A stretch of DNA of 64,000 nt from an uncultured Dehalococcoidales bacterium (lineage in GTDB: Bacteria > Chloroflexota > Dehalococcoidia > Dehalococcoidales > UBA5760). Of this stretch, positions 38,875 through 46,352 are shown piece by piece (within the stretch, counting starts at the first letter, position 1; every line of letters begins with the position of its first letter). The notes beneath the pieces are model-generated. The model had not been told where the DNA came from. It searched no databases and worked only from the letters and a program-made list of their open reading frames with translations. Location: the NCBI GenBank assembly GCA_964472625.1, contig CAYYLM010000005.1, positions 15,576 through 79,575 of the forward strand. Direction: 5' to 3'. Position numbers and translations under genes: made by a program.

Positions 38875-39672
38875 TTAGCTATCTAGCTGTGCCAAATCAA
38901 ACCTCATGCCGTCCCGGGCGCTAATTACCCTGACCCCGGTCTCCTGAGAGAGACTCTGGGCTACCTCCCAGGGTCGGGCCCGCCACACGGACATCCCGAA
39001 GTGGGTCAGTATGGCAACCTTTGGCTTGAGTTCGGTAATAAGGCGCTTGGCGTCGGGCACGGAGAGGTGGTCAACGGGCGGCTTGGGTTCGAAGAAGACG
39101 ACGTTGATGATGAGCAGCTCGCCGCCGTAGCTCTCAAGCAGGCCGTCAAAGTAGCGGGTATCGGCGATATAGGAAAAGGTGTGCTCAGCCGTCTTAAAGA
39201 CAAAGCCGTAGGTTTCTACCGGGTGGACGTGGCGGATGGGGGTGGTGAAGGATAGGTTCCCGACGGTGTAGGACTTTCCTTCCTTTAGAAGCTCAATACC
39301 CTCGAGGTAGTCTCGCAGGTAGGAAAAGATAACCGGCTCGTTTTCCAGGGCATCAGCGGGGGTAAAGAGCCAGCCGCGGTGCTTGAAGCCTCCCTGGGTC
39401 ATTGCCTCAACCATAACGTTAATATCTCCGGCATGGTCCAGGTGGCGGTGGGACAGGATAATGGCGCTCAGCCTATCGGCTCTGAGCTTCCTCTTGGTGG
39501 ACTGGACAATGCAGCCGGGACCGGGGTCAACTAGTATCTCGGTACCGCTCAGGTTAAGCCACATGCCCCCCGAAGCCAGAATCTGGGTGGCCACCATGAT
39601 TCGGGCGCCGCCCGTTCCCAGAAAAGTGATGGTATCTGCGGGAGTCTTTTTATCCTCCATGGCTATAGACAC
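38875..39672 (-). CDS. MBL-fold metallo-hydrolase
   Basis: 265 aa. It has the HxHxDH motif (SHRHLDHAGD) and downstream His/Asp ligands. Confidence 0.8.
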   Translation of the reverse strand: MSIAMEDKKTPADTITFLGTGGARIMVATQILASGGMWLNLSGTEILVDPGPGCIVQSTKRKLRADRLSAIILSHRHLDHAGDINVMVEAMTQGGFKHRGWLFTPADALENEPVIFSYLRDYLEGIELLKEGKSYTVGNLSFTTPIRHVHPVETYGFVFKTAEHTFSYIADTRYFDGLLESYGGELLIINVVFFEPKPPVDHLSVPDAKRLITELKPKVAILTHFGMSVWRARPWEVAQSLSQETGVRVISARDGMRFDLAQLDS

Positions 39673-39750
39673 TATAAGGTATGAGGGTGCTTTATGACAA
39701 TCTCTTTATTTCTGAGGTTATTTTGTGTATGATATCTTATATAGAGTGAA

Positions 39751-39944
39751 ACCCGGTTAATTACCTGAAAGGGAAGGAGGTGAGAGCTGTGCTCTGGATG
39801 ATACGTCTTAACCTTGCTGGTAGCTGATGCCAGAGTTGCGGCACAGGTTCTGTGCCGGTCAGGCTCGAAGACCTCCCTTCCGCCTCTGAGCAGATTACAG
39901 GTTAGCACCGTAATCTTCCGGTTAAGATAATTTGGCACTTACTG
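39751..39944 (+). promoter_or_regulatory. Structured 5' leader RNA (riboswitch/attenuator candidate, class not recognised)
   Basis: An outer helix pairs GGGAAGGAGGT (39771-81) with ACCTCC(C)TTCC (39871-81). It encloses hairpins AGAGC-TGT-GCTCT (39783-95), CTGGT-AGCTGAT-GCCAG (39817-33) and CGGCACAG-GTT-CTGTGCCG (39839-57). GATTAC-N11-GTAATC follows at 39893-39915. Confidence 0.5.
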
Positions 39945-39985
39945 AGCGGTGGTGCGGAGTTCTTCGGCCACCGCTTATTTATTTT
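39945..39985 (+). terminator. Intrinsic terminator-like hairpin + U-tract immediately upstream of the operon start
   Basis: AGCGGTGG (39945-52) pairs with CCACCGCT (39968-75), with an inner CGGA/TTCG extension and a GTTC loop. TTATTTATTTT follows. The U-tract is present only in the plus-strand orientation. Confidence 0.6.
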
Positions 39986-40005
39986 AAGAAAGGATTAGAA
40001 ATATC

Positions 40006-41286
40006 GTGACTACTGATTATAGACCAATGTGGACTAGTCTCGGCCTGGACCTTGAGGCGCATGATATCCTCCTGAACGTTCTGGGGCAGGCCTATCAGGA
40101 CACCTTCCTCTCCCAGAAGAACCGTCCTGAGGGCATGAGCTATCTTGACTTCGTGATGAGTGAGGTTCATGGTCTCCGGATTAAGGAGTTACAGGATGCC
40201 AGAAGTGAGGGGCGAAAGGTCATCGGCACCTTTTGCGTCTTTGTCCCGGATGAGCTTATTCTAGCCGTCGATGCCATTTCGGTGGGGCTGTGTGCCGGGG
40301 CTGAATTCGGGTTTGATGAGGCGGAGAGGCTGCTGCCTCGTAATACCTGTTCCCTGATAAAGTCCTTTTTTGGCTTTAAGCTGAACCGGGTTTGCCCCTA
40401 TATGGAGGCTGCCGACCTCTTGGTGGGCGAGACCACCTGCGACGGCAAGAAAAAGGCCTATGAAATCTTTAAGGGTATCCAGCCCAATATCTATGTCATG
40501 GAAGTCCCCCAGATGAAGACGGCCCAGGATAGAGCTTTGCTTAAGAGTGAGTATTTACGCTTCAAAGGAGAGCTGGAGAGGCTAACTGGTGTAACCATCA
40601 CTGCGGAGCGGCTTAAAAAGGGTATCAGCTTAGTCAACAGTCGCCGCGAGGCACTCTCCCGCTTGGCGGCGCTGCGGGCGGCTCGCCCGGCGCCCATCTC
40701 CGGTCTGGATGCCCTGCTCATAAATCAGGTTGCCTTCTATGACGACCCGGTGCGCTTCACTGGTGCCGTGAACAAAATCTGTGACGAGCTTGAGGGGCGG
40801 GTTGGCGCTGGCGAGGGGGTGTCTCCTAAAGGGACGCCCCGTATACTCGTCTCCGGCTGCCCTATGGCGGTGCCTAACTGGAAGCTAGCGGCAATTATCG
40901 AGGGCTCCGGCGGGGTAATCGTTGGGGAAGAGTCGTGTGTCGGGGAGCGGGGCACCAGGAACCTGGTGGTGGAGACCGGTAGCGATGTTGATACCCTGAT
41001 GGAGGCTATCGTGGACCGCTACTTCAAGGTTGATTGCGCCATCTTCACCCCCAACCCGGAGCGGCTCGACAATGTGGTCGATATGGTGGCGAGATATAAG
41101 GCTGACGGGGTTATCCACTACGCCCTTCAGTTCTGCTCACCCTATACGGTGGAGTCCTACCGGGTGGAGCAGGAGATATCTAGCCGGGGAATACCGGTAC
41201 TCAGGATTGAGACGGACTACTCTCCGGAGGATGTCGGTCAGCTAAAGACGCGAGCCGAAGCCTTTCTGGAGATGATACGGAAGTGA
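40006..41286 (+). CDS. 2-hydroxyacyl-CoA dehydratase/BcrC-family Fe-S protein, single-subunit type (double-cubane cluster protein DCCP-like reductase)
   Basis: 426 aa. Family motifs are KVIGTFCVFVPDELILA and VGETTCDGKKKAYE. Conserved Cys residues occur in SGCPMAV, EESCVGE and LQFCSPY. The GTG start follows AAGAAAGGA. Confidence 0.8.
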   Translation: MTTDYRPMWTSLGLDLEAHDILLNVLGQAYQDTFLSQKNRPEGMSYLDFVMSEVHGLRIKELQDARSEGRKVIGTFCVFVPDELILAVDAISVGLCAGAEFGFDEAERLLPRNTCSLIKSFFGFKLNRVCPYMEAADLLVGETTCDGKKKAYEIFKGIQPNIYVMEVPQMKTAQDRALLKSEYLRFKGELERLTGVTITAERLKKGISLVNSRREALSRLAALRAARPAPISGLDALLINQVAFYDDPVRFTGAVNKICDELEGRVGAGEGVSPKGTPRILVSGCPMAVPNWKLAAIIEGSGGVIVGEESCVGERGTRNLVVETGSDVDTLMEAIVDRYFKVDCAIFTPNPERLDNVVDMVARYKADGVIHYALQFCSPYTVESYRVEQEISSRGIPVLRIETDYSPEDVGQLKTRAEAFLEMIRK

Positions 41287-42029
41287 CTAGCGCCGGGCTT
41301 GATGTGGGCTCACGCACCATTGGCCTCGTTCTGTTTGACGGCGGGGTTGTGGACTCGGTGGTTACGGATACCGGGATTAAGCCTCTTGAGCGGTGCCAGC
41401 AGCTTCTTGACGGCCGGGGCTACCGCCGGCTTGTGGTGACCGGTTACGGTCGCCACCTGGTAGCCCCCTTGTTGGGCGGCGAGGTTATCTCCGAGATCAG
41501 CGCTTATGCCGCGGGTGCCCATTACCTCTATCATGACTCGGGCACGGTGATCGATATCGGCGGTCAGGACAGTAAGGTTATCCGGCTCTCCGACCAGGGA
41601 GCGGTGGTCAGGTTTGAGATGAACGACCGCTGTGCCGCCGGTACCGGTAAGTTCCTGGAGGTAATGGCACATACCCTGGAGGTCAGCTTGAGTGAGTTCG
41701 CTGAGCTTGCCTTAAGCGCTTCAAAATTTGTTCAGATAAACAGCCTGTGCACCGTTTTCGCCGAATCGGAGGTGGTCTCCCTTATTGCGCGCGGTGAGGA
41801 GGCTAGCGCCATCGCGCTGGCGTTACATCAGGCTGTTGCCAAACGTATCACGGGCATGGTTCACCGGGTCGGGCTTAAGGAAAGGGTCATCTTCGCTGGT
41901 GGGGTGGCCCGGAATCAGTGTCTTCACGAGCTTCTCAGCGACATGCTGGGTGTTGAGATTACTGTCCCTAGTGAGCCGCAGATTGTCGGCGCTCTTGGTG
42001 CTGCTCTCATGGCTGGCGGTGGGATATAA
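41283..42029 (+). CDS. BcrAD/BadFG/HgdC-type ATPase (CoA-enzyme activase / electron-transfer activator)
   Basis: 248 aa. It has ASKHA motifs GLDVGSRTIGLV, IDIGGQDSKVI and NDRCAAGTGKFLE (bridging-cluster Cys). A GTGA overlap couples it to the upstream gene. Confidence 0.88.
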   Translation: MTSAGLDVGSRTIGLVLFDGGVVDSVVTDTGIKPLERCQQLLDGRGYRRLVVTGYGRHLVAPLLGGEVISEISAYAAGAHYLYHDSGTVIDIGGQDSKVIRLSDQGAVVRFEMNDRCAAGTGKFLEVMAHTLEVSLSEFAELALSASKFVQINSLCTVFAESEVVSLIARGEEASAIALALHQAVAKRITGMVHRVGLKERVIFAGGVARNQCLHELLSDMLGVEITVPSEPQIVGALGAALMAGGGI

Positions 42030-42046
42030 ATACGGGCGGAGGTATT

Positions 42047-42589
42047 ATGCAGGTTTCAAACGGTAAGGCAGAGGAACGTTTTGAGGGTGGGGGCATAGTG
42101 CTTTTCTCGGCGGTGCGCCAGGCGCTGGATGCGCATCAGGTTCTTCGGGACGCTGGCTATGAGGCTCGGCTGGTTGCCCCGCCACCCCAGCTACGTAAGG
42201 GCTGTGATCTGGCGGTAGAGGTAAAGCTGGTGGAAAAGCCGGCTATTGAGCGGCTGCTCGGGCAGAAGGGCGTCGATTACCTGAGCCTTGAGCCGCTAAA
42301 GGTAAGCACTTCCCAGCTTCTGGAAATCGTGACGGTGACTGATTTCGGCAGGTGGCTCATGGTCAAGGCGGGCAATATGAAACTCACCTTCGCTAAGGAC
42401 AGTGGCGAGATTATGAACACCTCCGGTGGCGGCTGTCCTGACATTCCCTATCTCCACGCTGAGCTAGTTGGTAAATCGCTTACTGAGGCACCGCGACCAA
42501 GGCAAATCGGTTTTACTCTCTGTGCCCTGATGCTGGAGCAGGCGCTGCTTGAGGGTCTGAGGCTCTACGAAGGAGGTAGCCAGCGATGA
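42047..42589 (+). CDS. DUF3343 (putative Se/S carrier-like) domain fused to an uncharacterised C-terminal domain
   Basis: 180 aa. The N-terminal GIVLFSAVRQALDAHQVLRDAGYEARLVAPPPQLRKGCDLAVEV matches the DUF3343 pattern (conserved Cys in ..GC..A). I did not recognise the C-terminal roughly 95 aa (NTSGGGCPDIPYLHAEL). Confidence 0.6.
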   Translation: MQVSNGKAEERFEGGGIVLFSAVRQALDAHQVLRDAGYEARLVAPPPQLRKGCDLAVEVKLVEKPAIERLLGQKGVDYLSLEPLKVSTSQLLEIVTVTDFGRWLMVKAGNMKLTFAKDSGEIMNTSGGGCPDIPYLHAELVGKSLTEAPRPRQIGFTLCALMLEQALLEGLRLYEGGSQR

Positions 42590-43488
42590 TGCTTATTGCG
42601 GGCACTATCCCGATTAAAGACCTACCTCTGGTCGCGGGCAGGATGAAGAGGGAAGGCGATACCTTGGTTATCGCTGACTACAGTCTTCCCTGCGCTCAGG
42701 GAACTGGGGCAATGATTAGCGCCGCTCAAGCAACTACTGACTATCTCAAGCTTGCCCCACCGCAGGTAGTGGTCGCTGGGGATATTGGTGAGGGCGGGGG
42801 CAGTCGCCAGATTTACCAGTATCTTATCCAGAATGTGGCCCGGCTTTCCCCCAGGGTGCTGGCGCTACACTACTGCCTGCCGGATATGGCTCTAGCCAGG
42901 AGACTCTGTCGGGCGGTGGGAGAGTGTCACCCGAGACCGCTCCTGATTGCTGATGCCGGGTCGATGTACGCCGCTAAGGCCGCCGGTCTGGCTAGGGAGT
43001 TTGATGTTTTTACCCCGGATGCTACTGAGCTTGCCTTCCTGGCTGATGGGGAGGCGACCCATCCGGCTTATATTAACCGGCACCTATTTTGTGCTGATAT
43101 TACCCGGGTCCCAAGACTGATAGTAGCTGCTTATCGCCAGCGCAGTGCTGCCCGGCTGCTGCTGGTCAAGGGAGCCACTGACTATATCGCGCGCCACGGG
43201 GAGATTCTGGCTACTGTCGCCGAACCCGACGTTCCCGAGCTGGAGGCAATCGGCGGCACCGGTGATACCATCACTGGGCTACTTTCGGCGTTTGTCGCTT
43301 GTGGACTTGAGCTTCATGAGGCAGCCATAATCGCTGCCCGGGTAAACCGTACGGCGGGAAAATTGGCTCGGGTGACGGTAGCCAGCGGGGTCAAGCAGGT
43401 TATCAGCCAGTTTCCGGCGGTTTTTAAAGAGTATCTTTGTCGCTGGAGTGGAGTATGCTCAATCAAGGGAGGTAGCTACCATGAGTGA
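42586..43488 (+). CDS. Ribokinase-fold protein, YjeF_C / NAD(P)HX-dehydratase-like (or small-molecule kinase)
   Basis: 300 aa. FTPDATELAFLA, LLVKGATDYIA and EAIGGTGDTITGLLSAFVACGL correspond to YjeF_C/ThiM-type motifs. An ATGA overlap couples it to the upstream gene. Confidence 0.65.
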   Translation: MMLIAGTIPIKDLPLVAGRMKREGDTLVIADYSLPCAQGTGAMISAAQATTDYLKLAPPQVVVAGDIGEGGGSRQIYQYLIQNVARLSPRVLALHYCLPDMALARRLCRAVGECHPRPLLIADAGSMYAAKAAGLAREFDVFTPDATELAFLADGEATHPAYINRHLFCADITRVPRLIVAAYRQRSAARLLLVKGATDYIARHGEILATVAEPDVPELEAIGGTGDTITGLLSAFVACGLELHEAAIIAARVNRTAGKLARVTVASGVKQVISQFPAVFKEYLCRWSGVCSIKGGSYHE

Positions 43489-44056
43489 AATTGATGCCCG
43501 GGGGCTTCCCTGCCCCCACCCGGTTACTAAAACCAAGAAGGCACTGGAGGAAATAGAGTCGGGGCAAATCACCGTCCTGGTTGATAGCCCGGAGAGCTGT
43601 GAGAACGTGCGGCGGTTTGCCCAGAGCCAGGGCTGTCAGGTAGCGGTCAGGGAGGGGGAAGGGGTCTTTTATCTGGATATTACCAAAGGAGTTTCACCTC
43701 AAACTGAACTGAAGACAGGGGGTGGCGAGGTTGTTCTTATTACCAGCGACCAGTTCGGTGTCGGGGACGAGAGATTGGGTGAAATCCTGATGAATGCCTT
43801 CTTAAATACCCTGTGGGACTATGAGCCGAAGCCCGCTAAGCTACTCTTTATCAATAACGGCGTCCGGCTGACTACGGAGGGCTCTGAGGTCTTGGAGAGC
43901 CTAGCGCTACTTGAGAAAAAGGGGGTTCAGGTATTTTCTTGCGGTACCTGCTTGGAGTATTATAACCTTGGAGACAAGCTTAAGGTGGGGCTGGTGAGTA
44001 ACATGTATGCGACAGTAGATGCCCTGCTACAAGCGACTAAGGTTATTAAAATCTGA
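43481..44056 (+). CDS. yedF: YedF-type protein: TusA/SirA-like CPxP domain + DsrE-like domain (selenium/sulfur metabolism protein YedF family)
   Basis: MSEIDARGLPCPHPVTKTKKALEEI is the TusA-like active Cys. The C-terminal half has VVLITSDQFG...LFINNGVRL...CGTCLEYY. The ATG at 43481 follows AGGGAGG and overlaps the upstream stop by 8 nt. The ORF is open from 43448. Confidence 0.8.
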   Translation: MSEIDARGLPCPHPVTKTKKALEEIESGQITVLVDSPESCENVRRFAQSQGCQVAVREGEGVFYLDITKGVSPQTELKTGGGEVVLITSDQFGVGDERLGEILMNAFLNTLWDYEPKPAKLLFINNGVRLTTEGSEVLESLALLEKKGVQVFSCGTCLEYYNLGDKLKVGLVSNMYATVDALLQATKVIKI

Positions 44057-44066
44057 GGGGGGTTAA

Positions 44067-44555
44067 ATGGAGCAGATCTGGGCGCCGTGGCGTATTCAGT
44101 ACATCCAGATGGAGAAGCCGCCCGGCTGCATTCTATGTGAGAAACCAGGGGAGAATAGCGATGCTCAAAATTACATTCTCTATCGCGGGAGCCAGAACTT
44201 TGTCATCATGAATAGCTATCCCTATAACCCGGGGCATCTAATGGTGGCGCCCTATCGCCACGTGGCTAACCTTGACGGACTAGCCGATGATGAGCTTTGC
44301 GAACACTTCAAGATAGTCAGCCGGTGCAGTAAGCTGCTACGCGAGGTATTCAACCCCCAGGGTTTTAACATCGGCATAAACCTGGGTAAGGTAGCCGGGA
44401 CTGGTATCGATGAGCATGTCCATACTCACATCGTGCCCCGGTGGCAGGGAGACACCAACTTCATGCCGGTGATATCAAATATACGGGTAGTGCCGGAAGC
44501 CCTAGCCGAAACCTACCAGAAGCTTAAGGACAAGTTTCGAGCTGAGAAGCCTTGA
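44067..44555 (+). CDS. HIT-family nucleotidyl hydrolase/transferase (Ap4A-phosphorylase-like subgroup)
   Basis: 162 aa with APWRIQYI, NSYPYNPGHLMVAPYRH and the histidine triad HVHTHIVPRW. GAGGGGGG lies upstream, and the gap after yedF is 10 nt. Confidence 0.85.
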   Translation: MEQIWAPWRIQYIQMEKPPGCILCEKPGENSDAQNYILYRGSQNFVIMNSYPYNPGHLMVAPYRHVANLDGLADDELCEHFKIVSRCSKLLREVFNPQGFNIGINLGKVAGTGIDEHVHTHIVPRWQGDTNFMPVISNIRVVPEALAETYQKLKDKFRAEKP

Positions 44556-44563
44556 GTTATTGC

Positions 44564-45307
44564 TCAGTCCCCGAAGTAGCCTTTGTCTAGGTCGGCGCTG
44601 TTGGAATAGCCCCGGCTTTCCCAGAAACCCCGGTAATTAAGGTCGCTGGATAGCTCGATTTCGGTGATCCATTTTATCCACTTATATCCCCATTTGCTCT
44701 CGGCAACAAGCTCAAAGGGGAACCCCCGCTCCGGGGGCAGCGTCACGCCGTTCATCTTGTAGGCCATCAGAATGTCGTTGTCCATGATGTAATTGATGGG
44801 TAGCGAGGTGGTATAGCCGTCGTAGGCGTGAAAGATGATCACCTCGGTCTCGGGTTGAGGGCTTGCCTCCGAAATCAGGTCTCTAACTAGGACTCCCTCC
44901 CAGAGAAGCTTGACACTCCACCCCTCAACACAGTTGAGGGTGACCACTTTCTCATACTGCTGATGGTTGCTTACGACCTCGTCGTAGGTGAAGGCTTGGG
45001 GCTTGCTTACCAGACCGCTTATCTTAAGATTGTAGCTCTCAATGTCTACCTGCTGCGGTCCCTTTATTGAGTTCTCCCGGAAGTCGTTTATTGACGAAAG
45101 CGGTTCGCCCTCATATTCTCTAATCTCTACCGGTTCTAGCGGTACTGGTTCTTGAGCACCTTGGTCAGTACTGCAGCCGGCTATACCCAGCACGCCGGTG
45201 CCGAGGGCAATGGCCAAAACGATAAGGCTAATGTCAGTGATTATTCTCTTCACTTTATAACAAATCTCCTCCTTAGTAGGGTACAAACGGGCAAAATAAT
45301 AACCCAT
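44564..45307 (-). CDS. Molybdopterin-dependent oxidoreductase domain lipoprotein (sulfite-oxidase/YedY-fold)
   Basis: VVTLNCVEGWSVKLLWEGVLVRDLI and GFPFELVAESKWGYKWIKWITEIEL are present. The signal/lipobox is LGIAGC. An alternative start is the GTG at 45253. Confidence 0.8.
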   Translation of the reverse strand: MGYYFARLYPTKEEICYKVKRIITDISLIVLAIALGTGVLGIAGCSTDQGAQEPVPLEPVEIREYEGEPLSSINDFRENSIKGPQQVDIESYNLKISGLVSKPQAFTYDEVVSNHQQYEKVVTLNCVEGWSVKLLWEGVLVRDLISEASPQPETEVIIFHAYDGYTTSLPINYIMDNDILMAYKMNGVTLPPERGFPFELVAESKWGYKWIKWITEIELSSDLNYRGFWESRGYSNSADLDKGYFGD

Positions 45308-45544
45308 ACCCTACTTTCATTATACGGCTTTTTGAACAAATGGACTAAAAATTGTGCTGAGCCATTTTGGGGGATTGGCAAGTGGTGTCGCATATGATAC
45401 CACCTCTAGGACTTCTCACTTGTTCAAGTCTTTTGTTGCCCTAGCATCTATCCTTAGTTCTCATTCTATTCATACAATTCTTGCTGAATATTAAGGCGAT
45501 TGATAGAATTGACTTAGTACAGGGGTTAGGGATTTATTGGAAGA

Positions 45545-46060
45545 ATGTATAAGGAAAAGGGACTAAGATTAGATAGACTCATTTTATGGTTAATTCCTTT
45601 ACTGACGCTAGCCTTATTGACACCCCTAGTATTGAAAACGGAGCCAGCGGAAGCTGGCTGAGGTGGTATATCTTGGCTAGCCGTGGACGTTAGCCCTGGC
45701 ATTGGAGGTCATGTTATCTTTCATGGGGTCAAAGAATTGACGTCCTATCCCTCATATGAACCCCTTTGGCCTGGCGAGGAAGTAACAATTGAGGCAGTGC
45801 CAACTCTGGGCTATCGTTTCAATTACTGGAGCAGAGAGATTCGTAGCATTAATCAAAGAGAAATTTACAGCACCAACCGAATAGCAAAAGTGAAAGCGGG
45901 GAGCGACAATTGGATTACCGCTAATTTCTCACCGATACTGCCTGGTTGGCTAATTGCTGTTATCGTAGTTTCAATAACTGTTCCCTTGTTACTCAGGTGG
46001 CGAATAAGGCGTTCGAAATTCCTCACAGAGACAAGCCCTTATGACAACAGTGCCTCATAA
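45545..46060 (+). pseudogene. Secreted/anchored InlB-B-repeat-like protein interrupted by one in-frame TGA (45659-45661)
   Basis: The ATG at 45545 encodes a signal-peptide-like MYKEKGLRLDRLILWLIPLLTLALLTPLVLKTEPAEAG, followed by TGA. The same frame continues GGISWLAVDVSPGIGGHVIF...EEVTIEAVPTLGYRFNYWS and a C-terminal TM helix with RWRIRRSK. The tracked ORF 45683-46060 is only the distal part. Confidence 0.5.
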
Positions 46061-46224
46061 AACTTCAGGCTGTCATGGGCTGTTTTGCTCTAAGGCTTCC
46101 AGTAGCCTTTCCGATGGCGGTCTCGTACCGTGCTTTACTTGGGAAATGTAGGCTTTGCTTAACTCTACTGAGTGGGAAACGGTCAATTTGTTAAGCAGTT
46201 TGGCGGCGTTTTGAATACGGTTAT

Positions 46225-46300
46225 TGGTGCCCCCAAGGGAATTCGAATCCCTGTTGCCGGCTTGAAAGGCCGGTGTCCTAGGCCTCTAGACGATGGGGGC
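46225..46300 (-). tRNA. tRNA-Glu (anticodon UUC), CCA encoded
   Basis: The reverse complement is GCCCCCATCGTCTAGAGGCCTAGGACACCGGCCTTTCAAGCCGGCAACAGGGATTCGAATTCCCTTGGGGGCACCA. The acceptor pairs GCCCCCA/TGGGGGC, the anticodon loop is CTTTCAA and the T-loop is TTCGAAT. Confidence 0.93.
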
Positions 46301-46352
46301 GTGCCGTTAAATTATAGCAGAGACAGGAGCGGTATGCTACTATAGAGACCAA

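Noticed and set aside
39771-39881. TPP or cobalamin riboswitch, or SRP RNA, in the leader of the DCCP-like operon
   Set aside because: Only fragmentary resemblance exists. A CTGG..ATGCCAG hairpin recalls TPP P5. AAAGGGAAGGAGGTG and GTCAGG..AGACCT recall cobalamin elements. GGTCAGG recalls SRP domain IV. The invariant cores (CUGAGA plus ACCUGAUCUGG, the B12 box in the correct position, GGAA/AGCA SRP loops) are missing or out of order. A covariance-model scan is needed before naming a class.
39672-39938. 88-aa minus-strand ORF in the MBL|DCCP divergent spacer
   Set aside because: It coincides with the highly structured plus-strand leader, has no SD and gives an implausible sequence. The region is better explained as RNA structure.
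45659-45661. Selenocysteine codon, suggested by the nearby yedF/DUF3343 genes
   Set aside because: Downstream I find only a 5-bp GGCUA/UAGCC stem with an 11-nt loop, not a bacterial SECIS-like hairpin. The position falls at a signal-peptide/mature-domain junction, not in a redox motif. No selA/selB/selD is in the window. A pseudogene or read-through is more likely.
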